Positions 54,960-64,000 of a stretch of 64,000 bases of DNA are shown piece after piece. The stretch lies in NCBI GenBank assembly GCA_964057225.1, contig OZ059900.1:2046001-2110000 (forward strand), read 5' to 3'. Made by a program: the position numbers and the translations under genes. The notes under the pieces are model-generated. The model saw only the letters and a list, made by a program, of their open reading frames with translations. It was not told the origin of the DNA and made no database searches. The number at the start of each line of letters is the position of its first letter. Positions within the stretch are counted from its first letter, which is position 1. Source of the DNA: Auanema rhodensis. Taxonomy: Eukaryota; Animalia; Nematoda.

Positions 54960-57500
54960 ACACGAAATAAGTTTATTTTTACGAGTTTGCACTGATATTT
55001 ATTCATTTTGATCAAAAAAGGTCGAAAATAGAAAGAATTTTTGAAATTTCCGAGTTTTGAGTCTAATTTGGCTAAATCGCTCATATACATGATGAGAAGC
55101 ATAGTTTTATTGTCTATGACAACAAAAGTCATCAATTAAACGCTAGTGATGTTTAAATACTGATTTTCGCTCAAATAGCATTACTACACTAAGTATGGTC
55201 GTTTTTATGCCTTTAACACCATATACTCACCGATTTTTGGTACAAAATCTGTAATACTCGTAAATTTTGATCATATTCGTTAAGATTTGAAAATCAAACA
55301 CACAATCAACAAAATCAGTCTATTTTTATGAGTTTGCACTGATATATATTCATTTTGATCAAAAAAGGTCGAAAATAGAAAGAATTTTCGAATTTTCCGA
55401 GTTTTGAGTCTAATTTGGCTAAATCGCTCATATATATGATCAGAAGCATAGTTTTATTGTATATGACAACAAAAGTCATTAGTTAAACACTAATGATGTT
55501 TAAATCACTAAATTTCGCTCAAATAGCATTACTACACTAAGTATGGTCGTTTTTATGCCTTTAACACCATAAACTCACCGATTTTTGGTACAAAATCTGT
55601 GATACTCGTAAATTTTGATCATATTCGGTGAGATTCGAGAATCAAACACACAATACACGAAATAAGTCTATTTTTATGAGTTTGCACTGATATTTATTCA
55701 TTTTGATCAAAAAAGGTCGAAAATAGAAAGAATTTTTGAATTTTCCGAGTTTTGAGTCCAATTGGGCTAAATCGCTCATATATATGATCAAAAGCATAGT
55801 TTTATTGTCTATGACAACAAAAGTCATCAATTAAACGCTAGTGATGTTTAAATACTGAATTTCGCTCAAATAGCATTACTACACTAAGTATGGTCGTTTT
55901 TATGCCTTTAACACCATATACTCACCGATTTTTGGTACAAAATCTGTGATACTCGTAAATTTTGATCATATTCGGTGAGATTCGAGGATCGAACACACAA
56001 TACACGAAATAAGTTTATTTTTACGAGTTTGCACTGATATTTATTCATTTTGATCAAAAAAGGTCGAAAATAGAAAGAATTTTTGAAATTTCCGAGTTTT
56101 GAGTCTAATTTGGCTAAATCGCTCATATATATGATCAAAGGCATAGTTTTACTGTCTATGATAACAAAAGTCTTCAAATATACACTAATAATGTGTAAAT
56201 CACTGAATTTCACTCAAATAGCATTACTACACTAAGTATGGTCGTTTTTATGCCTTTAACACCATATACTCACCGATTTTTGGTACAAAATCTGTGATAC
56301 TCGTAAATTTTGATCATATTCGGTGAGATTCGAGAATCAAACACACAATACACAAAATAAGTTTATTTTTACGAGTTTGCACTGATATTTATTCATTTTG
56401 ATCAAAAAAGGTCGAAAATAGAAAGAATTTTTGAAATTTCCGAGTTTTGAGTCTAATTTGGCTAAATCGCTCATATACATGATGAGAAGCATAGTTTTAT
56501 TGTCTATGACAACAAAAGTCATCAATTAAACGCTAGTGATGTTTAAATACTGATTTTCGCTCAAATAGCATTACTACACTAAGTATGGTCGTTTTTATGC
56601 CTTTAACACCATATACTCACCGATTTTTGGTACAAAATCTGTAATACTCGTAAATTTTGATCATATTCGTTAAGATTTGAAAATCAAACACACAATCAAC
56701 AAAATCAGTCTATTTTTATGAGTTTGCACTGATATATATTCATTTTGATCAAAAAAGGTCGAAAATAGAAAGAATTTTCGAATTTTCCGAGTTTTGAGTC
56801 TAATTTGGCTAAATCGCTCATATATATGATCAGAAGCATAGTTTTATTGTATATGACAACAAAAGTCATTAGTTAAACACTAATGATGTTTAAATCACTA
56901 AATTTCGCTCAAATAGCATTACTACACTAAGTATGGTCGTTTTTATGCCTTTAACACCATAAACTCACCGATTTTTGGTACAAAATCTGTGATACTCGTA
57001 AATTTTGATCATATTCGGTGAGATTCGAGAATCAAACACACAATACACGAAATAAGTCTATTTTTATGAGTTTGCACTGATATTTATTCATTTTGATCAA
57101 AAAAGGTCGAAAATAGAAAGAATTTTTGAATTTTCCGAGTTTTGAGTCCAATTGGGCTAAATCGCTCATATATATGATCAAAAGCATAGTTTTATTGTCT
57201 ATGACAACAAAAGTCATCAATTAAACGCTAGTGATGTTTAAATACTGAATTTCGCTCAAATAGCATTACTACACTAAGTATGGTCGTTTTTATGCCTTTA
57301 ACACCATATACTCACCGATTTTTGGTACAAAATCTGTGATACTCGTAAATTTTGATCATATTCGGTGAGATTCGAGGATCGAACACACAATACACGAAAT
57401 AAGTTTATTTTGACGAGTTTGCACTGATATTTATTCATTTTGATCAAAAAAGGTCGAAAATAGAAAGAATTTTTGAAATTTCCGAGTTTTGAGTCTAATT
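54960..57500. repeat. Higher-order duplication of 4 monomers (1390 bp), boundaries approximate
   Basis: GATGAGAAGC (55091/56481), CACAATCAAC (55301/56691) and ACCATAAACTC recur at +1390. Confidence 0.85.
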
Positions 57501-58699
57501 TGGCTAAATCGCTCATATATATGATCAAAAGCATAGTTTTACTGTCTATGATAACAAAAGTCTTCAAATATACACTAATAATGATTTAATCACTGAATTT
57601 CACTCAAATAGCATTACTACACTAAGTATGGTCGTTTTTATGCCTTTAACACCATATACTCACCGATTTTTGGTACAAAATCTGTGATACTCGTAAATTC
57701 TGATCATATTTGGTGAGATTCGAGAATCAAACACACAATACACGAAATAAGTTTATTTTTACGAGTTTGCACTGATATTTATTCATTTTGATCAAAAAAG
57801 GTCGAAAATAGAAAGAATTTTTAAAATTTCCGAGTTTTGAGTCCAATTGGGCTAAATCGCTCATATATATGATCAAAAGCATAGTTTTATTGTCTATGAC
57901 AACAAAAGTCATCAATTAAACGCTAGTGATGTTTAAATACTGAATTTCGCTCAAATAGCATTTCTACACTAAGTATGGTCGTTTTTATGCCTTTAACACC
58001 ATATACTCACCGATTTTTGGTACAAAATCTGTGATACTCGTAAATTTTGATCATATTCGGTGAGATTCGAGGATCGAACACACAATACACGAAATAAGTT
58101 TATTTTGACGAGTTTGCACTGATATTTATTCATTTTGATCAAAAAAGGTCGAAAATAGAAAGAATTTTTGAAATTTCCGAGTTTTGAGTCTAATTTGGCT
58201 AAATCGCTCATATATATGATCAAAAGCATAGTTTTACTGTCTATGATAACAAAAGTCTTCAAATATACACTAATAATGATTTAATCACTGAATTTCACTC
58301 AAATAGCATTACTACACTAAGTATGGTCGTTTTTATGCCTTTAACACCATATACTCACCGATTTTTGGTACAAAATCTGTGATACTCGTAAATTCTGATC
58401 ATATTTGGTGAGATTCGAGAATCAAACACACAATACACGAAATAAGTTTATTTTTACGAGTTTGCACTGATATTTATTCATTTTGATCAAAAAAGGTCGA
58501 AAATAGAAAGAATTTTTGAAATTTCCGAGTTTTGAGTCTAATTTGGCTAAATCGCTCATATATATGATCAAAAGCATAGTTTTACTGTCTATGATAACAA
58601 AAGTCTTCAAATATACACTAATAATGATTTAATCACTGAATTTCACTCAAATAGCATTACTACACTAAGTATGGTCGTTTTTATGCCTTTAACACCATA

Positions 58700-61600
58700 T
58701 ACTCACCGATTTTTGGTACAAAATCTGTGATACTCGTAAATTCTGATCATATTTGGTGAGATTCGAGAATCAAACACACAATACACGAAATAAGTTTATT
58801 TTTACGAGTTTGCACTGATATTTATTCATTTTGATCAAAAAAGGTCGAAAATAGAAAGAATTTTTGAAATTTCCGAGTTTTGAGTCCAATTGGGCTAAAT
58901 CGCTCATATATATGATCAAAAGCATAGTTTTATTGTCTATGACAACAAAAGTCATCAATTAAACGCTAGTGATGTTTAAATACTGAATTTCGCTCAAATA
59001 GCATTACTACACTAAGTATGGTCGTTTTTATGCCTTTAACACCATATACTCACCGATTTTTGGTACAAAATCTGTGATACTCGTAAATTTTGATCATATT
59101 CGGTGAGATTCGAGGATCGAACACACAATACACGAAATAAGTTTATTTTGACGAGTTTGCACTGATATTTATTCATTTTGATCAAAAAAGGTCGAAAATA
59201 GAAAGAATTTTTGAAATTTCCGAGTTTTGAGTCTAATTTGGCTAAATCGCTCATATATATGATCAAAAGCATAGTTTTACTGTCTATGATAACAAAAGTC
59301 TTCAAATATACACTAATAATGATTTAATCACTGAATTTCACTCAAATAGCATTACTACACTAAGTATGGTCGTTTTTATGCCTTTAACACCATATACTCA
59401 CCGATTTTTGGTACAAAATCTGTGATACTCGTAAATTCTGATCATATTTGGTGAGATTCGAGAATCAAACACACAATACACGAAATAAGTTTATTTTTAC
59501 GAGTTTGCACTGATATTTATTCATTTTGATCGAAAAAGGTCGAAAATAGAAAGAATTTTTGAAATTTCCGAGTTTTGAGTCTAATTTGGCTAAATCGCTC
59601 ATATATATGATCAAAAGCATAGTTTTACTGTCTATGATAACAAAAGTCTTCAAATATACACTAATAATGTGTAAATCACTGAATTTCACTCAAATAGCAT
59701 TACTACACTAAGTATGGTCGTTTTTATGCCTTTAACACCATATACTCACCGATTTTTGGTACAAAATCTGTGATACTCGTAAATTTTGATCATATTCGGT
59801 GAGATTCGAGAATCAAACACACAATACACGAAATAAGTTTATTTTTACGAGTTTGCACTGATATTTATTCATTTTGATCAAAAAAGGTCGAAAATAGAAA
59901 GAATTTTTGAAATTTCCGAGTTTTGAGTCTAATTTGGCTAAATCGCTCATATATATGATCAAAAGCATAGTTTTATTGTCTATGACAACAAAAGTCATCA
60001 ATTAAACGCTAGTGATGTTTAAATACTGAATTTCGCTCAAATAGCATTACTACACTAAGTATGGTCGTTTTTATGCCTTTAACACCATATACTCACCGAT
60101 TTTTGGTACAAAATCTGTAATACTCGTAAATTTTGATCATATTCGTTAAGATTTGAGAATCAAACATACAATACACAAAATCAGTCTATTTTTATGAGCT
60201 TGCACTGATATATATTCATTTTGATCAAAAAAGGTCGAAAATAGAAAGAATTTTTGAAATTTACGAGTTTTGAGTCTAATTTGGCTAAATCGCTCATATA
60301 TATGATCAGAAGCATAGTTTTTTTGTCTATGACAACGAAAGTCATTAATTAAACACTAATGATGTTTAAATCACTAAATTTCGCTCAAATAGCATTACCA
60401 CACTAAGTATGGTCGTTTTTATGCCTTTAACACCATATACTCACCGATTTTTGGTACAAAATCTGTGATACTCGTAAATTCTGATCATATTTGGTGAGAT
60501 TCGAGAATCAAACACACAATACACGAAATAAGTTTATTTTTACGAGTTTGCACTGATATTTATTCATTTTGATCAAAAAAGGTCGAAAATAGAAAGAATT
60601 TTTGAAATTTCCGAGTTTTGAGTCCAATTGGGCTAAATCGCTCATATATATGATCAAAAGCATAGTTTTATTGTCTATGACAACAAAAGTCATCAATTAA
60701 ACGCTAGTGATGTTTAAATACTGAATTTCGCTCAAATAGCATTACTACACTAAGTATGGTCGTTTTTATGCCTTTAACACCATATACTCACCGATTTTTG
60801 GTACAAAATCTGTGATACTCGTAAATTTTGATCATATTCGGTGAGATTCGAGGATCGAACACACAATACACGAAATAAGTTTATTTTGACGAGTTTGCAC
60901 TGATATTTATTCATTTTGATCAAAAAAGGTCGAAAATAGAAAGAATTTTTGAAATTTCCGAGTTTTGAGTCTAATTTGGCTAAATCGCTCATATATATGA
61001 TCAAAAGCATAGTTTTACTGTCTATGATAACAAAAGTCTTCAAATATACACTAATAATGATTTAATCACTGAATTTCACTCAAATAGCATTACTACACTA
61101 AGTATGGTCGTTTTTATGCCTTTAACACCATATACTCACCGATTTTTGGTACAAAATCTGTGATACTCGTAAATTCTGATCATATTTGGTGAGATTCGAG
61201 AATCAAACACACAATACACGAAATAAGTTTATTTTTACGAGTTTGCACTGATATTTATTCATTTTGATCAAAAAAGGTCGAAAATAGAAAGAATTTTTGA
61301 AATTTCCGAGTTTTGAGTCTAATTTGGCTAAATCGCTCATATATATGATCAAAAGCATAGTTTTACTGTCTATGATAACAAAAGTCTTCAAATATACACT
61401 AATAATGTGTAAATCACTGAATTTCACTCAAATAGCGTTACTACACTAAGTATGGTCGTTTTTATGCCTTTAACACCATATACTCACCGATTTTTGGTAC
61501 AAAATCTGTGATACTCGTAAATTTTGATCATATTCGGTGAGATTCGAGAATCAAACACACAATACACGAAATAAGTTTATTTTTACGAGTTTGCACTGAT

Positions 61601-62200
61601 ATTTATTCATTTTGATCAAAAAAGGTCGAAAATAGAAAGAATTTTTGAAATTTCCGAGTTTTGAGTCTAATTTGGCTAAATCGCTCATATATATGATCAA
61701 AAGCATAGTTTTATTGTCTATGACAACAAAAGTCATCAATTAAACGCTAGTGATGTTTAAATACTGAATTTCGCTCAAATAGCATTACTACACTAAGTAT
61801 GGTCGTTTTTATGCCTTTAACACCATATACTCACCGATTTTTGGTACAAAATCTGTAATACTCGTAAATTTTGATCATATTCGTTAAGATTTGAGAATCA
61901 AACATACAATACACAAAATCAGTCTATTTTTATGAGCTTGCACTGATATATATTCATTTTGATCAAAAAAGGTCGAAAATAGAAAGAATTTTTGAAATTT
62001 ACGAGTTTTGAGTCTAATTTGGCTAAATCGCTCATATATATGATCAGAAGCATAGTTTTATTGTCTATGACAACGAAAGTCATTAATTAAACACTAATGA
62101 TGTTTAAATCACTAAATTTCGCTCAAATAGCATTACCACACTAAGTATGGTCGTTTGTATGCCTTTAACACCATATACTCACCGATTTTTGGTACAAAAT
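58700..62200. repeat. Higher-order duplication of 5 monomers (1738 bp), boundaries approximate
   Basis: CATTACCACAC SNP at 60399/62137 and ACAACGAAAG in both copies. ORF-type order repeats at +1738 (58770/60508, 59036/60774, 59465/61203, 59813/61551). Confidence 0.85.
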
Positions 62201-64000
62201 CTGTGATACTCGTAAATTTTGATCATATTCGTTAAGATTCGAAAATCAAACACACAATAAACAAAATCAGTCTATTTTTATGAGTTTGCACTGATATATA
62301 TTCATTTTGATCAAAAAAGGTCGAAAATAGAAAGAATTTTCGAATTTTCCGAGTTTTGAGTCTAATTTGGCTAAATCGCTCATATACATGATCAGAAGCA
62401 TAGTTTTATTGTCTATGACAACAAAAGTCATCAATTAAACGCTAGTGATGTTTAAATACTGATTTTCGCTCAAATAGCATTACTACACTAAGTATGGTCG
62501 TTTTTATGCCTTTAACACCATATACTCACCGATTTTTGGTACAAAATCTGTAATACTTGTAAATTTTGATCATATTCGTTAAGATTCGAGAATCAAACAC
62601 ACAATACACGAAATAAGTTTATTTTTACGAGTTTGCACTGATATTTATTCATTTTGATCAAAAAAGGTCGAAAATAGAAAGAATTTTTGAAATTTCCGAG
62701 TTTTGAGTCTAATTTGGCTAAATCGCTCATATACATGATCAGAAGCATAGTTTTATTGTCTATGACAACAAAAGTCATCAATTAAACGCTAGTGATGTTT
62801 AAATACTGAATTTCGCTCAAATAGCATTACTACACTAAGTATGGTCGTTTTTATGCCTTTAACACCATATACTCACCGATTTTTGGTACAAAATCTGTGA
62901 TACTCGTAAATTTTGATCATATTCGGTGAGATTCGAGGATCGAACACACAATACACGAAATAAGTTTATTTTGACGAGTTTGCACTGATATTTATTCATT
63001 TTGATCAAAAAAGGTCGAAAATAGAAAGAATTTTTGAAATTTCCGAGTTTTGAGTCTAATTTGGCTAAATCGCTCATATATATGATCAAAAGCATAGTTT
63101 TACTGTCTATGATAACAAAAGTCTTCAAATATACACTAATAATGATTTAATCACTGAATTTCACTCAAATAGCATTACTACACTAAGTATGGTCGTTTTT
63201 ACGCCTTTAACACCATATACTCACCGATTTTTGGTACAAAATCTGTGATACTCGTAAATTTTGATCATATTCGTTAAGATTCGAAAATCAAACACACAAT
63301 AAACAAAATCAGTCTATTTTTATGAGTTTGCACTGATATATATTCATTTTGATCAAAAAAGGTCGAAAATAGAAAGAATTTTCGAATTTTCCGAGTTTTG
63401 AGTCTAATTTGGCTAAATCGCTCATATACATGATCAGAAGCATAGTTTTATTGTCTATGACAACAAAAGTCATCAATTAAACGCTAGTGATGTTTAAATA
63501 CTGATTTTCGCTCAAATAGCATTACTACACTAAGTATGGTCGTTTTTATGCCTTTAACACCATATACTCACCGATTTTTGGTACAAAATCTGTAATACTT
63601 GTAAATTTTGATCATATTCGTTAAGATTCGAGAATCAAACACACAATACACGAAATAAGTTTATTTTTACGAGTTTGCACTGATATTTATTCATTTTGAT
63701 CAAAAAAGGTCGAAAATAGAAAGAATTTTTGAAATTTCCGAGTTTTGAGTCTAATTTGGCTAAATCGCTCATATACATGATCAGAAGCATAGTTTTATTG
63801 TCTATGACAACAAAAGTCATCAATTAAACGCTAGTGATGTTTAAATACTGAATTTCGCTCAAATAGCATTACTACACTAAGTATGGTCGTTTTTATGCCT
63901 TTAACACCATATACTCACCGATTTTTGGTACAAAATCTGTGATACTCGTAAATTTTGATCATATTCGGTGAGATTCGAGGATCGAACACACAATACACGA

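Larger units (their letters stand above)
2903..64000. repeat. Satellite DNA tandem array, 347-349 bp monomer (about 176 copies, runs off window end)
   Basis: Resumes in exact register after the transposon (TATATTCATTTTGATCAAAAAAGG). Same orientation throughout, differing only by substitutions and 1-bp indels. Confidence 0.98.

Noticed and set aside
179-63823. The many near-identical 61-101 aa ORFs (MMTFVVIDNK..., MKFSDLII..., MKFTSFES...) as a tandem gene family
   Set aside because: They are translations of the satellite monomer. Most begin at TTG/GTG, their lengths change with single SNPs, many monomers lack them, and no recognisable domain is present.
1-64000. CRISPR-like array, or tandem rRNA/tRNA/5S/SL-RNA gene cluster
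   Set aside because: No unique spacers or cas genes. I recognise no tRNA cloverleaf, 5S, spliced-leader or snRNA sequence in the monomer; a covariance-model search (Infernal/Rfam) was not run.

Overview
Eukaryotic, non-genic window. About 98% is one head-to-tail AT-rich satellite array (monomer 347-349 bp, about 180 copies, about 28% GC counted in the first monomer, all in one orientation). It is interrupted once, at 1600-2902, by an apparently intact 1303-bp Tc1/mariner DNA transposon of the DD37D (maT) family. The element has perfect 26-bp TIRs, a TA target-site duplication and an uninterrupted 346-aa transposase on the minus strand. All other ORFs in the track are artefacts of the satellite monomer or overlap the transposase. 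The monomer has hidden structure: it is a degenerate palindrome about one axis (foldback/MITE-like), carries A/T tracts phased at about 10 bp, has a hairpin plus CTRR motif, and its length is tightly constrained. Monomers are mosaics of a few variant blocks arranged in local higher-order repeats whose period changes along the array (3, 4, 5, 8, 9, 10, 11 and 24-26 monomers). A nematode host is suggested but not proven by the sequence.
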